Shown in pieces: positions 10,309 to 18,660 of a stretch of 64,000 nucleotides of DNA (the first letter of the stretch is position 1; each line of letters opens with the position of its first letter). The notes under the pieces were generated by a model. It did not search any database. It was given only the letters and a program-made list of their open reading frames with translations, and was not told the origin of the DNA. A program made the translations under genes and the position numbers. The DNA lies in assembly GCA_052035095.1 (NCBI GenBank), contig JBPOHW010000004.1, positions 23,527 through 87,526 on the forward strand. Direction: 5' to 3'. Source of the stretch: Candidatus Moraniibacteriota bacterium (GTDB lineage Bacteria > Patescibacteriota > Minisyncoccia > Moranbacterales > UBA1568).

Positions 10309-10977
10309 ATGAAGAACAATGAATGGAACACTATGAATCAAAAAGCTCGAGCGCGGGAAATTTTGGGGCGGATTAAAAAAATGTATTCCGAGCCGGGGCC
10401 GTTTGTCGCGTGGTCGAATCCTTTGGAATTGGTCGCGGGGACGGTACTCTCGGCGCAGTGTACGGACGAGCGGGTGAATCGCGTGACGGAGAAGTTATTC
10501 AAGAAATATCGGACGGCGCAAGATTACGCGAACGCGAAATCGGAAGAACTCGAGCGCGATATTTATCAAACGGGATTCTACAAATCAAAAGCGAAGTATC
10601 TCAAGGGGATCGGAAAGCTCTTGGTTGAAAAGTTTGACGGGGAGGTGCCGAATGATTTCGACGCGCTCCTCACGTTTCCCGGCGTCGCGAGGAAAACCGC
10701 GCATATCGTGATGGCGAAGGCGTTTGGGAGATTTACGGGCGTCGCGGTCGATACGCACGTCTTGCGCCTCGCGCCGCGCATGGGACTCACGAAAGAAAAA
10801 GAACAGGAAAAAATCGCGCGCGATTTGGAACAACTCTTTCCTCGCGAAGAATATCTTCACGTGAACGAATACCTCATCACGCACGGTCGCGCGGTCTGTG
10901 TCCCGCGGAAGCCGAAATGCGGGGAATGTGAATTGGTGGAGCTCTGCTTGTTTGGAAGGAAATTATTAGGTCGATAA
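10309..10977 (+). CDS. nth: Endonuclease III (DNA-(apurinic or apyrimidinic site) lyase)
   Basis: HhH-GPD motif with catalytic Lys (LLTFPGVARKTAHIVM), VDTHV Asp motif, and a C-terminal [4Fe-4S] C-x6-C-x2-C-x5-C cluster loop. Confidence 0.85.
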   Translation: MKNNEWNTMNQKARAREILGRIKKMYSEPGPFVAWSNPLELVAGTVLSAQCTDERVNRVTEKLFKKYRTAQDYANAKSEELERDIYQTGFYKSKAKYLKGIGKLLVEKFDGEVPNDFDALLTFPGVARKTAHIVMAKAFGRFTGVAVDTHVLRLAPRMGLTKEKEQEKIARDLEQLFPREEYLHVNEYLITHGRAVCVPRKPKCGECELVELCLFGRKLLGR

Positions 10978-11161
10978 AACGTGAGCGTCATAGAGAGGAA
11001 GAATGAGGAATAAAGAATTAAGAATAAGGCAAAAATCGGAAACGAAAACGATTTTGTTTGAGGCTTAATTCCTGATTCCTTATTCCTGATTCCTTTTCAT
11101 CAATTCGCCGTCACGATGAAGATTCGGGCGGTGCGGAGTTTTTACAATCCATTGGGACTTT

Positions 11162-14100
11162 TTGGTTTTTTGGTGTATACTTTTGGAAGGCGAGAATTTT
11201 TTGGACGCTCGTGTGGGAGGGTATATATCAAAACACAATTCATTTCGTTCGCGACGGGCTCGCCGATATTTTTCGTGGCGGTCTGTTCGTCATTTGAAAC
11301 CGAAATATGTCGGATTTTCTTTGGTGTGCGCGCTTCTCGTTTCCGGCGCGTATTTGTTGTTCTCGGGGCAGATCCGGAGCATTTTTGCCGATGGAGAAAT
11401 TACCGAAACCTGGAACTTCGCGACGCCTGCGGAATACACGGCGTCTTCGGGGGTGACGGTTGACGGATCGAATACCGAGTCGCGGCTTTCGATAATGAAT
11501 TACGCAAGCGATACCGACACGATGGCGCTCTATCATTTCGATGAATCAAGCGGCGATACGGCGAGCGACGCTTCTTCCTATACCAATAACGCGTCAATCG
11601 CGACGGGAACGGGGAGCTTCGGCTCGGGGAGCCTCAATAATGCATTGACACTGAATGGCGCGACGACATTTGTCTCGGCGCCGGATATCGATGCAACGTC
11701 TCTGACGGGCAATTTTACGATAGAAGCGTGGACGAAATTTCCTTCGGGATTCTCGGATACGACGAGCCGGGTGCGAGAGGGGATACTCGATAAAGGCGCG
11801 TACAAGCTCTACTATGACAATGAAACCGGGAAGGTCGTCTTTGAACTCGAGCCGAATACGGTGGCGGCGGTGAACTGGACGCAGGTTGGCGGTCCGGATC
11901 TTCTCAATCAAAATGGCGCATCGCAAAATGTTGAGTTTAACCAAAGCTGGGACGCGAACAGCAAAAACTTCGTGTGGCGACAGGTGGTTGTCGGGAGTGA
12001 TATTTATGTGGCTCTGGGAAGTATAACGACGGGAGTGACCGTGACGGGTGACGCGGAAGTATGGAAGTGTACGGACTGCGCGACGAGCCCGGTGTGGTCC
12101 AAAATCGGTGGTGACGGGATCAATAGCAGTTGGGAAGACGGCACCTACGAAGATGCCTCGTCGCTCGTCTCGGATGGAACCAATCTCTATGCCGGTCTCG
12201 GGAATCGCTCCGCCGAGGCGGAAGTGTGGCGGTTCAAAAGCGGGTCGTGGTCCAAGATAGGTGGCGACGGCACGAACTCGAGTTGGCTTACAACGACACC
12301 GGGTCCCTATGAGCGCGTGACGAGCATGGTGGCGGATGGAACGACGGTGTACGCGGGGCTTGGAACGACGGCGGGCGATGCCGAAGTCTGGAAATGTACA
12401 AGTTGCGATGGCGGGAGCCCGTCGTGGTCCAAGGTGGGCGGTGATGGAACGGGATCGGGCGGGCAGAGCTGGACGACATCGACCTATGAAGAGGTAGCGG
12501 CGCTTGCGATTGTGAATGGGACGACGCTTGCGGTGGGACTTGGGACGGGCGGTGGCGACGGCGAACTTTGGACCTGCGCAACCTCGAGTTGTACCGTGAC
12601 GTCGGGCTGGACGAAGCGTGGTGGCGACGCGTCCGGTTCGGGCGGGCAGTCATGGACCAATGCCTATGATGAGGTTCGCGCGATTACCTCGAACGGAACC
12701 GTGATATATGTCGGTATCGGCGTTTCAACAACGGAAGCGGAAGTGTGGCGGTGTGATATTGGCGGGACATGCACGACGACCTCGGGATGGACTAAGGTAG
12801 GCGGTGACGGAACGGGATCGAGTTGGAATACGAATTATGAGCGTGTCTGGTCGCTCCTTGCGAACGGAACCACGGTCTATGCCGGTATCGGCGATGGTGC
12901 GGGCGATGCCGAAGTCTGGAAATGTACAAGTTGCGATGGCGGGAGTCCGTCGTGGTCGCAGATTGGCGGCGATGGAAATGGAAATCCGCCGCAGTCATGG
13001 GGAAATCAGACCGGAGCGTCGTTTTATTACGCCTCAAGTCTCGCTCTTATCGGAACGAATATCTTCATCGGGGCGTCGAGTGCGGCCGGGACGAGCGGCG
13101 CCGAAGTGTGGCGGTGCGATACGAGTGGGACCTGCAGTAATACCGCTGGGTGGACGCGGATTGCCGGGCAATACCTCAACAAAAGTTGGGGCGCGTTCAA
13201 TCTCAATAGCATCGAATCCATGGCGGTTTCAGATGGGAAACTTTATGCGGGTATGGGGTATGATACGGGAGCGGCGACATCAAACGGCAATGCGATGGTG
13301 TGGGAATTCGATGGGACGAATTGGACGATGATCGGCGGGCAAGGGATAAATAGCTCGTGGACGTATGGACATCCGTCGATTTCGACCTCTACCTATCGAG
13401 CGGTAACGTCGATGACGGGGTATAAAGGAGGTCTCTTCGTCGGTTTGGGCGGATCAACCAATGGCGATGCGGAAGTGTGGCGTTGGAACGGGACGGTCTG
13501 GTCCAAGGTGGGCGGGGATAGCGATGCGTCGGGCGACAATTCGTGGGCGGCAGGGACGAAGCGGTCGGTGCCCGCAATGATCACGATCGGCGATAAGCTC
13601 TATATCGGACTCCAGGGAACGGCGGCGGGCGATGGCGAGCTTTGGTCGTGCGATCTTTCGGGCACCTGTGATACGACGAATGGCTGGACATTTTTGGGTG
13701 GCGACGCGACTGGTGCCGGCGGGCAGTCATGGGCGACGACGGGGCACGCGGCAGTGTGGAGCATGACGTCTCGTGGGACGAATATTTATGTCGGGTTGGG
13801 ATCGAGTACGAATTATGCCGATGTGTGGACCGCCGATACGGCGACGTGTACGCGAACGACCGGTTGGACAAAAATCGGCGGTGGCGGAACGAATTCAAGT
13901 TGGAATACGAGTTACGAAGAGGTGACGGCGCTCACCTGGTATCGCAATGAACTTTATGCGGGACTTGGCGCGAGCGCGGGCGACGCGGAGGTGTGGAAGT
14001 GGAATGGGGCGAGCTGGGGTGGGACGGCAATTGCCGGCGATGGGTTGAATGATAGCTGGGAAGATCTTCTGTATGAACGAGTCCGTTCGCTCAAGAGTTT

Positions 14101-17100
14101 TAACGGTAATCTTATTGTCGGGCTGGGCGATAGCGCCGGTGAGGGCGAGGTGTGGCAGTATGACACGAGTACCTGGACCAAAATCGGCGGTGATGGCGCT
14201 CGTTCCGGATGGACGAATGTGATTGAACGGCTCGGGGCGCTCGCGGCGTATCGCGGGAAGCTCTATGCCGGCGTCGGACTTACGGCAAATAGCGACGCGA
14301 CCGTGTGGGCGTATGGAAACAATGAAATCGTCGAGTCGTCGGCGACGAGTCAGGATTCCGACTGGCATCATATCGCCGTGACCTCGAACGGCTCGACGCT
14401 TCGAATGTATATTGACGGGACCGAAGTGGATAGCGAGAGTCTCTCCGGGTCTCTCGCTAACACGGCGCACCCCTTGGTTCTTGGAGGACTTGCGGGCGGC
14501 GGGCAATATACCGGCGCGGCGCCGGGAATATTAAACGGGAGTATCGATGAAATTCGTATCAGTGATACGGTGCGCGCGTCGTTTCAGACAACGCCGTATT
14601 CGAGTAGCTACGAAACCGTCGAGCTTTCAGATCCGGTACATACCTCCGGGGTTGAGAAGTGGGATTCGTTTGCGGCGAACGAAGACGCGCCGGGGGATAT
14701 CACCTATCGTCTCTCGGATAATGGGGGCTCAACCTGGAAATATTGGAACAGTTCCGCGTGGGTAGCTTCGTCGGGCTTCGGGGAAGCGAATCCGGTCGCG
14801 ACGGTGAATACGAATATCCCGACCTTTCCGGTCTCAACGGGTGGACTGGTGTGGCAGGCAATTCTCCTTGGAAATGGCGATGAGGTCGTGAAGCTTAACT
14901 CGGTGGATCTCGTCGCGACCGAGGATCTTGTGGCGCCCGCATGGCCCGGGAGCCCGACACTCATTGCGAAGAATCAGTCCGGCGGGACGACCGATCTCAC
15001 GACGGCGACGTGGTACACCTATTCGGCGCCCTACTTCGAGTGGTCGGCGGCGACGGATACGGACGGATCGGGAGTGATCGGATACTATGTATGCTTCAGT
15101 TCTCCGGCGTGCTCCGATCCGGTGACCGATGGCGATTTCCAAGTGGGGAATAGCTACACGGCGACGACCGACACGAGTGGCGCGGCGCTGGTCTCGGGAC
15201 AGAAGTACACGCTCTCGGTCAAAGCGAAAGACAACGCGCAGAACACGAGTGTGCTTTTTACCATCCCCTTTGTCTACTGGCTCGATTCGACGGTGCCCAC
15301 TGATCCCGTGGGTGGTGTCACGGCGGCGCCCGCGGTGTATTCTCCCGACGACGACTTTTCTTTTCTCTGGAATGCGGCGGTTGACGGGAATGGCAATCCG
15401 GCGACCAACTCGATGATTGCCGGCTATCAGTATCAGATTGCCGATACCCCGGTCGTCGACGGGTGGTCGGCGACCATCACCGAAACGCAGATTGATATTG
15501 TTGACGCCGCATATCGAACCGGCGAGAACTCTTTCTATCTCCGGACGATTGACAATGCCGGCAATGTCACGGACGGTACGGAGCGAGTCAGGTTTTATTA
15601 TGCCGGTTCGGGACCGACGGAGCCGCGGAATTTGCAGGCGATACCGGAGAGTAATACCGCAAACTCCTTCGCTTTCAGTTGGGATCCGCCGTCTTCTTTT
15701 TCGGGTGATCCGGAGGATCTCACGTATTGCTATACCGTGAACACCGTTCCGACCGAAGATGCCTGCACCTTTACGACCGCCGGTATCGAATCGATCGCCG
15801 CTTCCGCCTTTGCGACCCAGCATGACAATCTTTTCTACGTGGTCGCGAAGAATCCGGAGGATTTGGGCGGGACCATCAACTATGGCGCGTACACGAGTGT
15901 TCCATTTACCGCCAATACGAGCGCACCTGGCATTCCGCTCAATATCGATATCGCCGATGTGTCGGTCAAGAATACCGAATCGTGGAAACTCGCGATCTCA
16001 TGGGAAGAGCCGTCCGATATCGGCTCCGGCGTCGACTCGTATCAGATCTATCACGCCGAGAGCGAGGGCGGGACCTATTCCAAAGTCGCGTCGACGAGCG
16101 GTATCGCGTTTGTCGACACGGGACTTGAGCAGATCACGCACTACTATAAGGTGCGCGCCTGCGATGATGTCAATAACTGCGGTGCCTACAGCGAAGTGGT
16201 ATCGCTCTATCCGACGGGGAAGTACACGGAGCCGGCGACGATTGGCTCGGGTCCCACGGTTTCTCTCATTACCACCAAGAGTGCGACGATCAGTTGGTCT
16301 ACGAATCGCACGTCCGACAGTAAGGTACAGTACGGGAAGAGTTCCGGAACCTATTATTCGGAAGAGCCGAGCAATTCGGAACAGGTGACGGATCACGTGA
16401 TCAAACTCTCAAACCTTTCGCCCGGCACGACCTATCACTATCGCGCGCGTTGGACGGATGAGGATGGGAATACGGGTGTCTCGGGCGAGAAATCGTTTAA
16501 GACTGATCCCGCGCCGACCGTTGTCGACCCCAAGGCGAAGAGTGTGGGGCTTTCGAGCGCCATTCTCGAGTTTACCGCGAAGGGCGCGAGCAAAGTGAAA
16601 ATTTATTACGGCCTCACGGAAGCCTTCGGACTTGTGAAAGAAGTCGCGACCTCCGAAGCCGAGACGACCTATACGACGAGTATTGAGGACCTGCTCGACG
16701 GGACGAAATATTTCTACAAAATCAACACCGTGGACAGCGAGGCGGAAGAATATGAGGGGAATACACTTTCTTTCGAGACGCTCCCGCGTCCCAAAATCGA
16801 AGAGGTGAAGATACAACAGGTGAAGGGAACGGCGCAAACGGTACTCCTCATTTCGTGGAAAACCAATACCGAGACGTCGTCCATCGTCTCCTATGTTCCC
16901 GATGGGAATACCGGCGAGGCGAAAGACGAAGTGGACGTGAAGATGGTGAAGGGCGAGCACAAGATGTTGATCAAAAATCTCTTGCCGCAGACGGGATATA
17001 CGTTGACCGTGAAGGGTCGGGATAATTTCGGGAATGAAGCGAGTTCCGAGCCGCTACGCTTTACCACGGCGACCGATACGCGCGCGCCGCAAATTATCGA

Positions 17101-17455
17101 CGCCAATGTCGAAGGACTTATCGTAAAAACGAATGAAGGAAGCGAGGGCGAGCCGGAGGCACAGCTCATTGTGACGTGGACGACGGATGAGTCGGCGACG
17201 GCGCAGGTCGAGTATGGCGAGGGAACCGGCTCTTCCTATCCGCAGAAGACGCAGGAAGACGCCGCGCTCGTATCGAATCATACGGTCGTCATTTCCAAAC
17301 TCTCGCCGTCAAAAGTTTATCATCTCCGTATTCTCTCCAAGGACAAGGCGGGCAATGTGGGGCAGTCCATCGATATCGTTTCCATTACGCCCAAAGCGAC
17401 CGAAAACGCGCTCGACATCGTATTCTCAAGTCTCAAATCCATTTTTGGAAAGTAG
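11162..17455 (+). CDS. Giant (~2100 aa) membrane-anchored cell-surface protein: N-terminal signal-anchor, ~15 tandem ~50-aa propeller-like repeats, LamG/concanavalin-like domain, multiple FN3-like domains
   Basis: Single uninterrupted ORF. The track start at 11162 is a TTG; the in-frame TTG at 11294 gives a classic KPK-hydrophobic signal-anchor and is more plausible. Repeats match W-x-K-[IV]-G-G-D-G...Y-E-x-V...G-T-x-[LV]-Y-[AV]-G-[LI]-G...G-D-A-E-V-W (Kelch/propeller-like). LamG-like segment: DWHHIAVTSNGSTLRMYIDGTEVDS. The C-terminal half is FN3-like beta-sandwiches (e.g. ATISWSTNRTSDSKVQYGKSSG...TTYHYRARWTDEDGN). Confidence 0.7.
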   Translation: MVFWCILLEGENFLDARVGGYISKHNSFRSRRARRYFSWRSVRHLKPKYVGFSLVCALLVSGAYLLFSGQIRSIFADGEITETWNFATPAEYTASSGVTVDGSNTESRLSIMNYASDTDTMALYHFDESSGDTASDASSYTNNASIATGTGSFGSGSLNNALTLNGATTFVSAPDIDATSLTGNFTIEAWTKFPSGFSDTTSRVREGILDKGAYKLYYDNETGKVVFELEPNTVAAVNWTQVGGPDLLNQNGASQNVEFNQSWDANSKNFVWRQVVVGSDIYVALGSITTGVTVTGDAEVWKCTDCATSPVWSKIGGDGINSSWEDGTYEDASSLVSDGTNLYAGLGNRSAEAEVWRFKSGSWSKIGGDGTNSSWLTTTPGPYERVTSMVADGTTVYAGLGTTAGDAEVWKCTSCDGGSPSWSKVGGDGTGSGGQSWTTSTYEEVAALAIVNGTTLAVGLGTGGGDGELWTCATSSCTVTSGWTKRGGDASGSGGQSWTNAYDEVRAITSNGTVIYVGIGVSTTEAEVWRCDIGGTCTTTSGWTKVGGDGTGSSWNTNYERVWSLLANGTTVYAGIGDGAGDAEVWKCTSCDGGSPSWSQIGGDGNGNPPQSWGNQTGASFYYASSLALIGTNIFIGASSAAGTSGAEVWRCDTSGTCSNTAGWTRIAGQYLNKSWGAFNLNSIESMAVSDGKLYAGMGYDTGAATSNGNAMVWEFDGTNWTMIGGQGINSSWTYGHPSISTSTYRAVTSMTGYKGGLFVGLGGSTNGDAEVWRWNGTVWSKVGGDSDASGDNSWAAGTKRSVPAMITIGDKLYIGLQGTAAGDGELWSCDLSGTCDTTNGWTFLGGDATGAGGQSWATTGHAAVWSMTSRGTNIYVGLGSSTNYADVWTADTATCTRTTGWTKIGGGGTNSSWNTSYEEVTALTWYRNELYAGLGASAGDAEVWKWNGASWGGTAIAGDGLNDSWEDLLYERVRSLKSFNGNLIVGLGDSAGEGEVWQYDTSTWTKIGGDGARSGWTNVIERLGALAAYRGKLYAGVGLTANSDATVWAYGNNEIVESSATSQDSDWHHIAVTSNGSTLRMYIDGTEVDSESLSGSLANTAHPLVLGGLAGGGQYTGAAPGILNGSIDEIRISDTVRASFQTTPYSSSYETVELSDPVHTSGVEKWDSFAANEDAPGDITYRLSDNGGSTWKYWNSSAWVASSGFGEANPVATVNTNIPTFPVSTGGLVWQAILLGNGDEVVKLNSVDLVATEDLVAPAWPGSPTLIAKNQSGGTTDLTTATWYTYSAPYFEWSAATDTDGSGVIGYYVCFSSPACSDPVTDGDFQVGNSYTATTDTSGAALVSGQKYTLSVKAKDNAQNTSVLFTIPFVYWLDSTVPTDPVGGVTAAPAVYSPDDDFSFLWNAAVDGNGNPATNSMIAGYQYQIADTPVVDGWSATITETQIDIVDAAYRTGENSFYLRTIDNAGNVTDGTERVRFYYAGSGPTEPRNLQAIPESNTANSFAFSWDPPSSFSGDPEDLTYCYTVNTVPTEDACTFTTAGIESIAASAFATQHDNLFYVVAKNPEDLGGTINYGAYTSVPFTANTSAPGIPLNIDIADVSVKNTESWKLAISWEEPSDIGSGVDSYQIYHAESEGGTYSKVASTSGIAFVDTGLEQITHYYKVRACDDVNNCGAYSEVVSLYPTGKYTEPATIGSGPTVSLITTKSATISWSTNRTSDSKVQYGKSSGTYYSEEPSNSEQVTDHVIKLSNLSPGTTYHYRARWTDEDGNTGVSGEKSFKTDPAPTVVDPKAKSVGLSSAILEFTAKGASKVKIYYGLTEAFGLVKEVATSEAETTYTTSIEDLLDGTKYFYKINTVDSEAEEYEGNTLSFETLPRPKIEEVKIQQVKGTAQTVLLISWKTNTETSSIVSYVPDGNTGEAKDEVDVKMVKGEHKMLIKNLLPQTGYTLTVKGRDNFGNEASSEPLRFTTATDTRAPQIIDANVEGLIVKTNEGSEGEPEAQLIVTWTTDESATAQVEYGEGTGSSYPQKTQEDAALVSNHTVVISKLSPSKVYHLRILSKDKAGNVGQSIDIVSITPKATENALDIVFSSLKSIFGK

Positions 17456-17481
17456 TGTTTGTCGGTTCCAGCCTCGTGAGC

Positions 17482-17565
17482 GTTGCCTCGACCGAGAAAA
17501 AGAATTTTTCTCATATACGATTACGTAAGATTTCGAAAGATTCTTTTTCTCGGTCTCGGCGTGCA
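17482..17565 (+). repeat. Intergenic long-hairpin repeat element, copy 2 of 4
   Basis: Stem: gcctcgaccgagaaaaagaat / attctttttctcggtctcggc. Loop tcatatacgattacgtaagatttcgaaa, identical to copy 3. Ends with GGCGTGCA followed by a TAAAAAAT -10-like box. Confidence 0.8.
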
Positions 17566-17603
17566 TAAAAAATGTTTTAGGATATTTTAAGTAGTGAGGG
17601 TCT

Positions 17604-18506
17604 ATGTCTGAAATCATCACTCCTCTGTCAAATACGCCCGCTCCCAATCCGCGTACGCCGGCATATGACGCGCCGGGAAACGCGGGAGAGGCGATTATCA
17701 CCGTGACCGATGTGTACAAATCGTTCCATCTCGGGACGCAGATCATCGATGTCTTGAAGGGCATTACGTTTACCGTGGAGCGGGCGGATTTCTTGATCGT
17801 CTTCGGCCCTTCGGGGTGCGGGAAGTCAACGCTGCTTCACATTATTCTTGGACTCGAAGGTCCTTCGAAAGGCACGATGACGTTTCTTGGGAAAAATCTT
17901 TATGAACCGGGCATTCCCGAGGACTATCGGTCCGAATTTCGGAAAAAGCATATCGGTATGGTGTACCAGCAGTCGAATTGGGTGAAGTCGCTCAGTGTGC
18001 TCGAGAATATCGCGTTTCCGCTCTACCTCTTGGGATGGGATCGACTGCGCGCTTTTGAGCGAGCGTACAAAGCGCTCGACGAGGTGGAGCTCTCGGCGTG
18101 GGCGGATTATCACCCGATGGATCTTTCGAGCGGACAGCAACAGCGTATCGCGGTCGCGCGAGCGCTCATTACCGATCCGGAAGTGATTATCGCCGACGAG
18201 CCGACCGGCAACCTCGATTATGACGCCGGCGAGATGCTCCTCAAGCTTTTGCGCTCATTGAATGAACGCGGGAAAACCCTTATTATGGTGACACATGACC
18301 TTGAATATTTGGCGTACGCGAAGACGGCGCTCTCGATGCGCGACGGACATCTCCTTGGCATTTATCGCGGCGAAGAAAAGGCGAATTTGGAAAAAGAATT
18401 GAAATACAAGCGCGGCGTGAGCATTCAGCAGGGAGCGGGTATCGAGGAGGATCCAAACGCGGCACCGGTCGTGTTTTCCTACGGCGCCGCAAGCGCCGCG
18501 AAGTGA
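17604..18506 (+). CDS. ABC transporter ATP-binding protein (MacB/LolD/FtsE-like)
   Basis: Walker A GPSGCGKST, ABC signature LSSGQQQRIAVARAL, Walker B IIADEPTGNLD. Shine-Dalgarno GTGAGGG lies upstream. Confidence 0.85.
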   Translation: MSEIITPLSNTPAPNPRTPAYDAPGNAGEAIITVTDVYKSFHLGTQIIDVLKGITFTVERADFLIVFGPSGCGKSTLLHIILGLEGPSKGTMTFLGKNLYEPGIPEDYRSEFRKKHIGMVYQQSNWVKSLSVLENIAFPLYLLGWDRLRAFERAYKALDEVELSAWADYHPMDLSSGQQQRIAVARALITDPEVIIADEPTGNLDYDAGEMLLKLLRSLNERGKTLIMVTHDLEYLAYAKTALSMRDGHLLGIYRGEEKANLEKELKYKRGVSIQQGAGIEEDPNAAPVVFSYGAASAAK

Positions 18507-18541
18507 AAAATTCCCGTCGTCAGGTACCAGTTTCTCTGAAG

Positions 18542-18625
18542 GTTGCCGAGACTGCAAAAAAGAATTTTTCTCATATACGATTACGTAAGATTTCGAAAAA
18601 TTCTTTTTTGCAGTCTCGGCGTGCA
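18542..18625 (+). repeat. Intergenic long-hairpin repeat element, copy 3 of 4
   Basis: Perfect 25-bp stem (ccgagactgcaaaaaagaatttttc / gaaaaattcttttttgcagtctcgg) with the same loop as copy 2. Confidence 0.85.
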
Positions 18626-18660
18626 AGGTTGTAAGTCGTCAGTCGTCTGTTGCTTTCTCT

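Noticed and set aside
14834-15823. 329-aa minus-strand ORF inside the giant gene (Arg/Gly-rich translation), and similar ORFs at 15759..16388, 15998..16396, 16409..16960, 13895..14506
   Set aside because: Low-complexity Arg/Pro/Gly-rich translations typical of off-frame reading of a GC-rich coding region. They fully overlap the well-supported 2097-aa + strand ORF.
17426-18626. Minus-strand ORFs 17426..17764 and 18255..18626 sharing the peptide AETEKKNLSKSYVIVYEKNSF
   Set aside because: The shared peptide is the translation of the intergenic hairpin repeat (copies 2 and 3). These are not paralogous genes.
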